DNA from: Cenococcum geophilum
Taxonomy: Eukaryota
DNA length: 64,000 bases
NCBI GenBank assembly: GCA_050273025.1
Contig: CP158635.1
Coordinates: 8,184,001 to 8,248,000 of the forward strand
Direction: 5' to 3'
A program made the translations under genes and the position numbers. Below, one piece after another: positions 25,217-36,963 of this stretch; the stretch's first letter is position 1, and each line of letters opens with the position of its first letter. Under the pieces are notes generated by a model. It was not told the DNA's origin and searched no databases. It saw only the letters and a program-made list of their open reading frames with translations.

Positions 25217-27647
25217 TATAACAAAGCCTTATAGTAGGAACTACGGTAGACTTATTAATAGGCTAGGTGTATAGGTAAATAAGAAGTTAACAATGTAATA
25301 ATAACTAGTGGAGTAGCTGCCTAATAAATTAACTCTAATTATATTCTGAGATTTACTATAAAAAGAAGACTATTTAGGTAGGGACTGTGGTCCTTTAAAT
25401 ATATAATACTACGCCTAAGAAATGTACTAAATACGTTAGTATATTAGTATGTCGGTATATCTTACGTTCCTACGTTCCTATATTCCCATATTCTAAACTT
25501 ATAATATAACTAGCTATATAACTTAGTTACCTTTATCCTATAGCTTAATTAGTTCTAGCGCCTTCTATACTATCTTAACTAACCTATTTATATCTCTTCT
25601 TAGTAGTTATACTACTGCTAATATAAGGTCCGTAATACTATCCTCCTCCTTTTTATCTTCGTCCTTAAAGATATCTCCTATCTCTAAGTTGTTTATTAGA
25701 GGTATAGTATTCCTATTTCTAATTTAGTGACTATTATTATTTTTAATACCTCCTATTAGATTCGTTCCGTTTAATTATTATAACTAGCTAGTAACTATTA
25801 TCCTTTTACTTAATAAAGTTATACCATCCTGTTCTTATTATAAGGAAAGAAAGTTAGTATATATTATAATTGCGGCTCCGTCTAGTTACTAACCTTTCTC
25901 TTATACTAAGTATACGCGAGCGAATATATAATTATCCTATAACGTTTAATCCGTTTCTAACGCTAAGTATATATATCTTATTAATTTTTAAAGTCTTTAA
26001 CTTTCTTATCTAATCTATTATAGGGTCCTATGTTTAATCTAAGGCGTCCTACCTTAAAGATAAACTTACTACTGCTTTTACTAAAGTATAAAAGCTTTAT
26101 AATAATAGGGAGCGAATTTATACAAAAGAGCGGAAAGTATTTAAGGCTTAATAGACTATTTACACTTATCTAATCTATCTTAAAAAGGTTTATAAGAAGG
26201 TATACTTTAAGAAGTAGCGGCTTGCTAAGTAAGGTCTCCGTAAGCTTAAGGCTAAAAAGGCTAAAAAGAATTCTAATTAAGAAGAGGCGGAAACAACTTA
26301 TACGCCGGTAGTAGATCCCTTAGATAACCCGGCTTATTTATCACCTTTAACTAATCCCTTTATCTTTAGCTCCTTCTTAATATTACCTAACCCGTTCTCC
26401 TCTAATACTCCTATATCTTTTCTATAGCGTTCTTTAGGTTTTTTAGTAGCTCTTAGGTAGTCTTATTATAGCCTATCCACTTTACTTTATACTATATTTT
26501 ATTATTAATGTTCTTATAATTAACAATCTTTAAAACTTACTATTTATCTTCTTTTTACCCTTTATATATATCTGCTTTATAAACTAGTAGCTCTATATCT
26601 TTATACGCTAGCTCTAGTATTATAATATACTATATAGGGTAGATCTGTATCTTTATTAGTAAGTTAAGTCTATATATAACTTCTAAAATCTTAGCTATAA
26701 TTTTAAATAGTCCTAGTCTAACGTAGTCTAACTTCTTACTTAGTTATTAACTTATAAAATTTTTATATAATAGCTATACTTTATCCCCCTCCTTTAGATC
26801 TGGTCCCTTAGATCTCTTAGCGTTATAGTACTTTTTTATTCTTTTTTATACTAATTTTGCTATAAAATAGAGGTCCTTATAAAGATTTATTAAATTTTCT
26901 TTACTTATTATAATAATAGCAATATTCTAGGCTTATACCCGTAATTTACCTAAAATATTAATATCTCTATGCCTTCTTATAGTGTTATATTATATATAAA
27001 CTATATAACTAGTAGTAATAATATCTTAGATACTACTCTAGTATCTAATTTAGTCTTTCTATTTATCTGTCTATCTACGGATAATATATAGTAAAAGTTA
27101 CTACTCTAACTCCTTATTCCGCTAAGAATACCTCCTAAATTACTACTATAAATCCTAGATCTCTATCTAATATAATTTTACTTAGTGCTCTGTGTTTTAT
27201 AAATACTTCTTTAATATAGATTCTAGCGACATCCCCTACTAAGATTTCTTCTGTATATGCTATAAAGTAGCCCTATTTAGTTAACTTATCCACTATTATA
27301 AGGATTACATTATACTTCTATCTAGTAATAGGATCTTTTAATTTTAGCAACTTTATAATAAAGTCCTATAATATAACTTCCTATAGTCTTTCTGGTGTTT
27401 TAATAGGCTATAGCTTCCTATATAGCTTATACCTCGTTAGCTTATTTCTTTAGCAATCTAGGTACTTTTTTATAACTTTTCTAGCTAAGCTTTAAATTCC
27501 GTTAATAATATATTCCTCTTAAAGTCTTAATACTAAGCCTATAGCTTTATTATGTCCCTATATTATTCCTCTATAGAAATCTTCTTTCACTATTTTTCTT
27601 GGTATGTATATTACTTTTTAATTTTTGTACTACTCTATATCTAGGTC
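25217..27647 (-). mobile_element. Ty3/gypsy chromovirus H, 3' part (integrase, chromodomain, antisense ORF, 3' LTR ~25217-25637)
   Basis: Integrase motifs at 26650-27600; chromodomain de-RIP WYKVKWIGYDETTWEPLENLKNA ~26420-26540; PPT AGGAGGAGGA 25641-25650 then TATTACGGAC; left LTR end approximate. Confidence 0.82.
25746..26445 (+). pseudogene. Antisense accessory ORF of gypsy H with Zn2Cys6-like cysteine spacing and acidic/coiled C-terminus; probable intron ~25970-26022
   Basis: De-RIP MPP..LGEVMPSCSRCKERKLVCVAIAAPSSRQPSSCAECTRANMRSSCDVRSVSDAE. One Cys is intact TGT, five are TAT (RIP of TGT). Confidence 0.7.
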
Positions 27648-27733
27648 GCCGGCGAAGCCCTACTGCACGCGTCCACGTCGCCGCAGGTGGAAACATCATC
27701 AGGAAATCGTTTTCTTTTGATGGTCAAGTGCAG
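27648..27733 (+). ncRNA. HDV-like ribozyme at the 5' end of G, copy 2 (catalytic C changed to T at 27724; one P1 mismatch)
   Basis: GCCGGCG-AAGCCCTA-CTGCAC-GCG-TCCACGT-CGC-CGCAGGT-GG-P4-GTCAA-GTGCAG. Confidence 0.85.
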
Positions 27734-28614
27734 AGGCGATGGTAGGGAGCCGTCGCAGCGCGTGCAGCACGCTGTCGTCGCGGTTCTGTGGTGTTGAGCT
27801 CGCGACGCGTACTATCAAAGCATCGCCCTCAACAACAGCAGGAGCCTTACTGCCTCCGCTTGAGGCTCCTGCTCTACCACCTAGGGAGGCCTATCAAGGG
27901 ATACTAGGATACGAAAACCACCCGATATACGACTACCTGGCTCGTAGCCAGGCCCGAAACTGGCCTTATCATCAGCTAGTCAACGTGGACGCGCCCTAGC
28001 CGTACAACAGGACACCCTTAGGCTTGCACTAGCTCTAAGATCGCAAGACAAGGGCGTAAGGAAACCCTTTTTTATAAGAACTTGTTAAGGTTAACGCGTC
28101 GTAAATACCTCGTATAAAACTTGTTAAGGCCCTACCTAGAGAACTTATTAAGGCCCCTCTACGAGAGCCTATCCGGTACATCCAGGAGACTTAGAAGAGG
28201 GTCTTAATAGGCGTAGTGCGCGCGACCTAGACGAGACAGTGTTGCGATAGCGACGTGACAGCGGCTAGATGGCTTAACGAGGTAGAAACACGGGCAAAGC
28301 TCTAGGTAGCGGAAATACAGGCTAGCTTCGACGGCCCTATGGCGTTCGACCTACGGTCGACCTACAGGTGACTTATAGGAGGGTCTTAATAGGCGTAGTG
28401 TATATAACCTAATGTATATATATAAGGCGACTTATAGGAGGGTCTTAATAGGCGTAGTGTACGCAACCTAGTATATATATATATAGGGGAGGTCTTAAAG
28501 AAAACACAGGCCAGTTAAATAAGGTCTTAACAGTTAGAAATATAGGCTAGCTTATAAAAAGGGGGGGACATAAGCTTAGTTAGTAGGAGAGAAGGGAGTA
28601 GGTTACCTAGTACG

Positions 28615-31600
28615 TGTCACGGGACGGGGGCAGTGGCTACAAAGCGTATGTATTTGAGGAGTCTACAAGACGTTACGCGATCGATCGTAAGGGTTGAGGG
28701 CGTAAGGAGGTAATATACCTACGCGTAGCTGACATAAGCTATACGCGAGGTATACGCGAGAGCACGGGGCTCTCCTATAGAGGCCCCTGCGGTGGGGTTC
28801 CGTGACACTACCCCCCCTCTTATAGAGGCGGAGCTCCGGCGACGCTGTGGTTACTATATATATATAGAAGAAACACTTAAGGTATAGAAAAGAAGAAAAG
28901 GGGGGTATCGCTAAAGGCTTAAAATAATGTTATATAATAGGGCTTAGTATCTAAGAATCTAACCAATTAGATAACTTTAACCGCCGGTTAAAGTTCCTAG
29001 ATATCTTAACGATATTCTAGTCACGTAATCGCACTTTACCATAATCTGACGGCAATTTAATAGCAATTTGCCCTTATGTGGTAATATATAACGGTTTAAC
29101 TCTATAAGGGCTCCTATAGAGGATTAGGTATAAAGTCTCTACTTAGGCCCGGTTTCTATAGGTTCGCGTAGTAAAAGTTACTAATTAGATCCTTTGCATT
29201 TTTAAAGTCTTCCTATAGTTGCCATTCTAGCTAATCTATATTAAATCCTGTGTATATAGCTCTGTAGTAGAGCCGTCGTCCTCTGCCTTTACTAAAGTAT
29301 TTAGAGTTAATAATTCGTTTAACGGTCTACTCCTTATGGTTCTTATCTTTGTTCTTATCTTAGATTAGTACTAGTAGGGGTTTAGGCTATATCTGCCCTA
29401 ATAAGGGGTTAGGCTAATAGAGATATAGTAGCTATAGGTAAAATATAGGCTATATTCCGCGGGTGGCTAGGGCAGGTAGGAGTTCTAGCTTATATACGGC
29501 TCCCCTATTAATAACTCATTTAATTAGATAGGGGCTAAGGTTCTTATAATTAAGTGACTTTATAGGCCTTTACGTAAAGATATTATGTATATCTAGCTAT
29601 ACCTAGTCGCCAACATGCATCTCCGGTGGTGGCGTTCTATAACGGTCGGCGAAGTAGGCCTACTTTACTTAAGCCTAGGCCATTTCTCCCTTACAGTAGT
29701 TAAGTAGATTTTTTATATGGTCTGCATACTAGTCGGTAAATAGCATCTTAAGGCGTTTTCTATATGGCAGTTTCTTATTAATAGGTTCTGGTGGCTCTAT
29801 ACTAGATTAGGGGTAATAACCCTTATTCGCAAAGAATGGGGTAAGTCCTATAGTAGTTAAGACGTGGTTATTCGCTGCGAATTCACCTAGTAGGAGGTAA
29901 TCCACCCAGTTATCTTAACTATAGGCGACTACCTGTTATAGGTACGCTTTTATACTGGTATTAGCGTTTTCTAGTTACCTAGTAGTTTTATAGTAAAAGG
30001 ATATAGACATCTTAACGGAGATGCTAAGGCGTTAGTAGATTCGTCTCTATATATTGGAGTTAAATTATATGCCTTGGTCGGACGTAATTAAGTTAAGTAA
30101 CCTATATAGTCGGTAAACTTTGCGGAGAAAGGCGTTAGTAACGTCGCTAACGGCTACGCCTTTGGTTAGGACGTAGTGGCGCTCTTTTATAAGTCGGCAT
30201 ATTATTATAAGGATGTTCTTATAGGTACGGCCGTGTTATTTATAGGGTAGTAGGTTAACAATGAAATCTATAGCAATATCTGCCTATCGTTATATAGGTA
30301 TTAATAGAGGGTATAGTAGTCCTTGGTACTTTATATTAAAGGCCTTAGCGCACTTATAACCGTAGTAGGCGCCTATAAAGCGTTTAACTAAGTCTATTAT
30401 TTTTGGCTAGAAGTAGTATTAGCTAAAAAGCTTATAGGTTCCTTCTCTACCTAGGTGGCCGCTTAATCAGAGGTTGTAGGCCATTTAGATTAGTTGCCGT
30501 TATAGATTTTCTAAGTTAGGGATAAATAGGTGGCCTCTATAATAGAGCCTGTTCTCTTTTACTTCTAAGGCTGCTATATTAATCTAGCCTAAGCTTTAAA
30601 GGTTAGTAGGCAGCGTATAGGCGCTAGCGGTCTTTACGGTAATAAGTTAATGCAGTAATAGGTCGGCAGAGGCGTTATATGCTATAGTAATAAGCTCGTT
30701 AATTTTGGGAGGTAATTCTAGTTCTGTGGTATAAAGCTGGGGTATAGTTGGCTCTATTATAGGTAGTATACCTAGGGCCAAATTTCGTATTTTTAGAATC
30801 GTTTATTGTTAGAACTAATTATAGGGGTTATCTTTAAACTAAGGAAGGTCTTGCGAGCGGCGTGTTAGGCTATTAGGTTTAGTACCTTATACTCCTAGTC
30901 TATATGTAATTTTAAAGTTAAAACCAGAGAGGAACTCGTTCTAACGTGCTTAGCGTTAGTTTAGCTACTTTGTGGTTATAAAGTACTTAAGGTTACAATA
31001 GTCCGTAAGAACTTTAGTTGGCTAGTTAGGCTCTACTAAGGAGAGTTCTGGTTAAAATTCTTTAAACGCTCGTATAATTATAAGGAGTTCTTTATTATAG
31101 ATCTTGTAGTTACACTCTTATAGTATAAGCTTAGACGAGTAGAATATAACTAGGTAAAGGAGACCGTTATTACCTATTTGGGAAAGGATGCCTGCGTTAA
31201 CGTGGTCTAAGGAGTTAGTTTTAAGGTAAAGTTATTGTCCTAGTGTAAAGTAAGCTAGGACAGGTGCTTTAGTAAAGGCATTTTTAAGGTCTTGGAACGC
31301 CTTCTCGCATTTAGGCGTTTAGGTAAAGCGTAGGTACGTTTTTCTTCCTTTTGCAGAAAGGCCCTTTATTTGTATTATTGCTATAAGTGGTGCTACTACG
31401 CCTAAGAAGTTATATATGAATTTCTAATAGAAGTTGGCGAAACTAAGGAAGGCTTATACGTCCTTAATGCAGTTAAGGGCTTGCTATTTAGTAATTATGC
31501 GTACCTTCTTAGGGTCTATATAGACACCCTTAGTAGTAATAATTAGTCTAAGGTATTTTACTTCTGTAACTAAGAATTTATATTTCTTTAAATTAATATA

Positions 31601-34600
31601 AAGTCCTACGTCCCTAAGGCGCTGTAGGACCTTTTAAACGTGTTTAGTATGCTTAGAGGGGTTATCGCTATAAATAAGTATGTTATCTAGGTACGCGGAG
31701 TAGAAGTCGTTAAAGTAGTCCCATAAGGCGTTATTAATATAGCTTTAGAAGGTGCCTAGGCCGTTATATACGCCAAAGGGTATAATAGTATATTTAAATT
31801 GGCCGAAGCGCAATGCGAATGCGGTTTTTTATTTATTACCTTCCTATATTTAGAGGTGGTTAAAGGCGGCAATAATATTAAGCTTAGTATAGATTTTAGC
31901 TTAACTAAGCCGCTTAAGGGTCTCACGTATAAGCGGTACTGGGTATTAGTTTTTAATTATAATAGCGTTAAGTCCTCTGTAGTTAATATAGAATCGGATA
32001 CCTCCTTCTAGCTTCTTAGCGAGAAGGATAGGGGCGGCTGCTGGTAATATACTAGGACGAATGAATCCTTTATTAAGGTGCTTGTTGATATACTTTTTTA
32101 TAACTAAAAGCTCGTCTTTTAACATTAGGTAGGGTCTCTTATAAGATAGCATTTTTCCTTATTTAATGTTAATAGTATAGTTATTAGGTTAATATAGGGG
32201 GAGTATATCTACGCTCTTTTATAAGCATATATCGGTAAAGTCGTAGTACCTCTTAGGGAGGAGCTTGCGGAGTTCTTTATTGGTAAGTCCTTTTTTAAGC
32301 TTTATAAACTTCTTAAAGTCTAAAGGTAAAAGTCCGTAGAGTTCTATAGGGGCGTCGTCTTCTAGAAGGTTAACTATATCTATCCTATTACTATAGAGGA
32401 CGTAGTCCTATTCTTTATTAAGCTTATATAGTTATAATTAAAAAGCTATAACAACGGTTTAGCCTTTCTTATGTGCTATGTAGTAGAAGGCTAGGGCACT
32501 TATATAGTGGTAGTTAGTTATAGGTAGGGTAATAAGGGGTTCCTTAGGTTAATATCCTAGGGAGTAAATAGAGGTGGCTAGGCCATGCCCTAGGCAAGTC
32601 TCTTTATAGTATTTAGAGTTAAAGGTTACTTTTCTCTTCTTCTAGTTAATAGCGGGGTTGTATTATTTAAGCTAGTTCATTTTAAGGATAATAGGGTAGT
32701 TAGTAAGTAGTATTATATAGGCCTAGAGTTCTTCCTAGTGCCCATTTATATCTAGGTAAAGTTGTGCCATATAGGTAATCTTCTATGCGGTATAATTACT
32801 ATTAGCGAGTTATAGGGCGCGGGCTTTAGTAAGGGGTAAGGTAGGTAGGTTATAAGTGCGTATAAATTAGGTATCTATAAATTTATTAGTAGCTCTACAA
32901 TTAATTATAGAACGGCTTTTGTATTATTTTTTAGCAGTAGTTCCTATTATAGGTAAAACTATCTATTTCCGTCTATTTATCTTTATAGAGTTATTTATTA
33001 AGTAAGCCGATATATAGATCCCTTTATTATTAGGGCGTCTTAACCCACGACTTAGGGCTAGGACTTAGCGTTTTTCATTTCCTTATCTAACTCTACTGCT
33101 ATTACTGTGTCTTTGTCTTATATGGTAATAGCGTATAGCAATATATTTAGTGTTTGGGGTATTAGGCTAGGTATTAGGCGGCAGCTACTAAACCTAGCCA
33201 TTAGGCAGTTTAGGTTATCGCAATAATAGTCTTCTTAACGGCATTTATAGCAGCGTCCTAGTTTCTGGAGTAGCTCGCGCTCTCTATCTAGGAGTTTTTA
33301 TGGGAAGGTTAGTATAGAGAAATCGATATTGGTTCCGGTAGTACTTAAAGTAGTAGGCGTCGGTGGCTTAGTATATATAGGTTTAGTAGGCCCAGGGGGC
33401 TTCTATAGAGAGGTCTTTAGGTAAGGGTTAGCAGTAGCTATTTAATTTAGTCGTCGTTCGATCTTCTATAGAGCTGCTACTATATTATAAATATTGTTAT
33501 AGTTATAGCTAGCGGCTGCGTAACTAAGGCGATAAGTAACTTTTTTAAGGAGGTCCTTTTGGTCTTTAGTATTATCTTAGGCAAGGGCTCCGGTGTATTC
33601 CTAGAATTTAACATAGAATTCGTTAAATAATTTAGTAGGGCTTATTTTTAGGGTATATAGTTTAGCTCGGTTAGTAGCTAATAGGTCGTAGTTGCGGTAT
33701 ATTAGGTTAAAATCGTTAAGGACTTCTTAGTAGGACTGCTACTTCTGGGGGCCACTAGTCTCCTATTAGGCGAAGAGTCTATTAAACAGTATACCCTTTA
33801 TTCGCCTAATAATATAGCCAATCTTAATGTCTTCTATAGAAAAAAGGCAGGCGCTCTAAGTTAGTTTCTTACGGATTTATATCTTCTAGTAGCTGTATTC
33901 CTTACGGTCTCCCTAAAAGACTAGGGGATTAGGGTAGCGTGCATTAGACCCTACGGTGGTAGTTTAGGTCCAATTATTATAGCTTTCGTTATTACTACTT
34001 TAGTAGGGGTTCCTATTAGGTAAAGCTGCTTAGCGCTAGCCCTCTATTAAGCGTTAAGTAGGTAAAGTTACTAGGGGCGTAGAGACTTAGGTGGCGTTAT
34101 ATATAGTAAAGAGGTATCTAGCGTTGTTACGAATATGCTTATTAAGCTAAGATTATAGGTATTTAATTATGCCTTCTCTTTTAGTAACTATAGCAATTAG
34201 TGCAATCTTAGCCTTCTTTAACTGTTAGACGTCGCGTTTAGACACATAGAGGTTATCTTTAGTTTCTTATTATATATTATTAGCGAGCGCCTCACAAGCT
34301 TATAGGTCTTGGATAATATCGTGATCTTAGGTAGTACGTATCTTAGCTTATATAAGCTTTAGGTAATAGTTCTATAAAAGGCGGTAGTATTTATTAGGGT
34401 CTTATGCTACCATTTTTGCAAACGTCTCGGCGTCTTATATTCCGATTTTAATAGGTAGTAGCCCTTCCGTTTGCTTATCCGTAGTTATATAGTTAATAAA
34501 AGATAAGATATTATTAATGCCCGTCTCCTTAGAGGTTAAGGCTAGGGCTAATAAATCAAATTCTCCTGGGATTGATTAGCGTCGTAGGTTAGGTATAGGT

Positions 34601-34977
34601 ATTAGATTGTTCTTTAGGTTTAATATAGTAGCTAATAAGGGATATCGTCTTACTATCGTGGGTTCCTTAAAAGTATAAAGTAAGGTAATTCGTAGACACG
34701 CTACTTCTAGCAGCGCCTGCAGTATTGCAGAGACGTAGAATTAGTTATAGGCTAAGCGTTAGTGGTAAAAAAGGCGCAACGTAATGTTACGGGACGGGGG
34801 TAGTAGCTATAAAGCGTATGTATTCGAGGAGTCTACAAGACGTTGCGCGATCGATCGTAAGGGTCAAGGGCGTAAGGAGGTGATATACCTACGCGTAGCT
34901 GACATAAGCTATACGCGAGGTGTACGCGAGAGCACGGGGCTCTCCTATAGAGGCCCCTGCGGTGGGGTTCCGTAATA
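28615..34977 (-). mobile_element. Ty3/gypsy chromovirus B, copy 2, full length (6363 bp), RIP-inactivated
   Basis: 193-bp LTRs at 28615-28807 and 34785-34977; collinear with 4427-10791; flanking duplication TACG; ORF 31946-32152 is a surviving RT fragment. Confidence 0.96.
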
Positions 34978-35780
34978 TACGGGACCTAGCGTCTCCATAG
35001 CCCCCTCCTATAAGATATAGTCGGCCTATTATAAGGAAACTCTTACAGGCAACGCGAAACGGGAACCTCCTATAGGGTATAATGCGTAATATTTACTGCT
35101 GGCTCTAGGGACCTTACCCTTTAGTTAAGCTCTAACCCCTAGTGCACCTAGTAGGTAAGTAGGATTATATCCTAGTTAGAGAGACTACTATACGGCTTAA
35201 GAGAATGGATACGCGTATTAGTGCACTAATAGACGGGACTACTCGCTCGCTAGGGTAGTACGCCGGTAAGGTACGCTTAAGGAGTAAATAGGAGTTACTT
35301 AGGCGGGAGAGGTTTTAGCTAGGCCTTAACCATAAAAGGTATACCTAAGGCTTTTTACATTATAGGATGCAGCTATAACACCCTTATAAAATTACGCTAG
35401 TAGGCGCGTAAGACGGGAGTTACAACCCCTATAAATGGCAGCTTATACCCACGCTAGCGGAAATAATAAAAAAAAGCGTAAAACTAGAGGTTATAGAAGG
35501 CTCTTAAGCCGTATAAAAGCGTACTAACTCTAGGAGGAAACTCTTATATAGACCGCTAGGGGGCGGACTAGTACTTAGGCTAATAACCTATTATAAGATA
35601 TCTAAAAAAACTAGTAAGAACCCCTATATTATTAGTGGTAGCAGCTAACTGCTTATAGAAAGCCCCTTTAGGGCTAAGGGCCTAGAGGTTTAAGATCGTT
35701 ACTAAAAAACTAGGGTAGAGGCCTAGATAAGTAGGTATATTAAACTCTACTATATTACTAGCTAATATATAACTACCTGC

Positions 35781-36963
35781 CTAGACGTAAAAGGGGCTTT
35801 TAATTATATCTCTAAAAACTAGCTTTTATCCATCTGTAAGGAACTAGGACTACCTATAGCGTTTATATAATAAGTAGCCACTTTCCTTAGCAATAAAAAG
35901 CCATAGCTCTCCTTTAATAGGCAAATATAAGAAAAAGTAGAACTAGAAATAGGGATACTATAGGGATCGCCTATATCCCCTATTTTATTTCTACTATATA
36001 TACGCAATATCTGCAGTATATAGACAGAAGGAGCCTATTCTCTTAGCTACATAGATAATTTTACAATTACGGTTAACGTATTCTACCAGCGAGCCGGCCA
36101 CCCCACCAAGCCGGCCACTTCAAAATACACTAAAAAGCCGATATTTTAATCTCAAATATCTTAACCACTACTTAATAATATTTTCTGAAAATTTAAATAT
36201 AAGCTCTTATATACCTATTTTAGTATATATTATAATACTAAAGCGTATAACTTAGTGGTTATTATAATATAGAGTTTAGGGGTTAAAAATAGAGATATTT
36301 TTAAATATCTTAACAACTACTAGAGGGTATACTCTTATATTGTAATAAGTACTAAAATAGGTATATGAAAGCTTATATTTAAATTTTTAGAAAATATTAT
36401 TAAGTAGTGGTTAAGATATTTAAGATTAAAATATCGGCTTTTTAGTGTATTTTAAAGTGGCCGGCTCGGTAGGGTGGCCGGCTCGCTAGTAGAATACGTT
36501 ACTTTAAATTCTACTAAATCTAATTATAAAAAGCTAGAGAGAATAGCGCTAAAGCTAATATCTAAAGCTAAAGAAGCTACTATTAGTTTTAATGTTAGCA
36601 AAATAGAGCTTATATACTTCTATAGTAAACGTACCACTATAAAAAAAGAGTTAAAGCTAGGAGACATAAAAATATCCCCTAAACCCCTAGTTAGGTAGTT
36701 AGGGGTATTCCTAGACTCTAAGCTTACTTTTAAATAATATATAGAAATACAAATCCTTAAAGCAAAGGCAGCCTTCTATTTAATTAGAAGGCTAGGTAAT
36801 ATATAAAAAAGTCTATCTCTATAAGCCCTACAACAGCTCTATATAGCTTACATTACTACTATAGTAGACTATAGAGTACAATACTAGTAGAAAAGCAAAT
36901 CTAGAGACTACCTACTAGATAAGTACTAATCTCTATAAAATAAGGCCCTAAGACTAGTTTTAG
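35781..36963 (+). pseudogene. Tad1-clade LINE2 reverse transcriptase fragment, interrupted by a MITE and cut off by gypsy D
   Basis: De-RIP LDVKGAFDHVS, GIPQGSPVSPILFLLY, SYIDDF, WLGVFLDSKLTF; ORF 36474-36698 is part of it. Confidence 0.9.
36076..36499. mobile_element. Tc1/mariner (pogo/Fot1-type) MITE, 424 bp, ~150-bp terminal inverted repeats
   Basis: ACGTATTCTACCAGCGAGCCGGCCACC...GGTGGCCGGCTCGCTAGTAGAATACGT; TA TSD; removal restores the LINE frame (ITVTSNS). Confidence 0.93.

Larger units (their letters stand above)
27648..35780 (+). mobile_element. Non-coding element G, copy 2 (27648-28614 plus 34978-35780), interrupted by B2 and fused to LINE2
   Basis: Reverse-complement homologue of 15420-17106 over its full length, with the same start and the same end. 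Confidence 0.92.

Noticed and set aside
25510..25700. Acidic minus-strand mini-ORF
   Set aside because: It spans the PPT and LTR start of H; purine richness explains the apparent codons.
27641..27660. Helitron-type hairpin plus CTAG end for G
   Set aside because: CTAG is absent from copy 1, which instead has a 14-bp TSD; Helitrons make none.
27739..27999. 86-aa ORF, and the ORFs at 15466-15654 and 16145-16604, as G-encoded proteins
   Set aside because: Frames are not conserved between the two G copies (non-triplet indels); open only because this DNA is GC-rich and less RIPped.
35010..35190. Group I intron P7 elements (AAGATATAGTCG, AGAGACTAC) in G
   Set aside because: They are in the wrong order, and the S-like motif is a RIP artefact (copy 1 reads AAGACACGGTCG).
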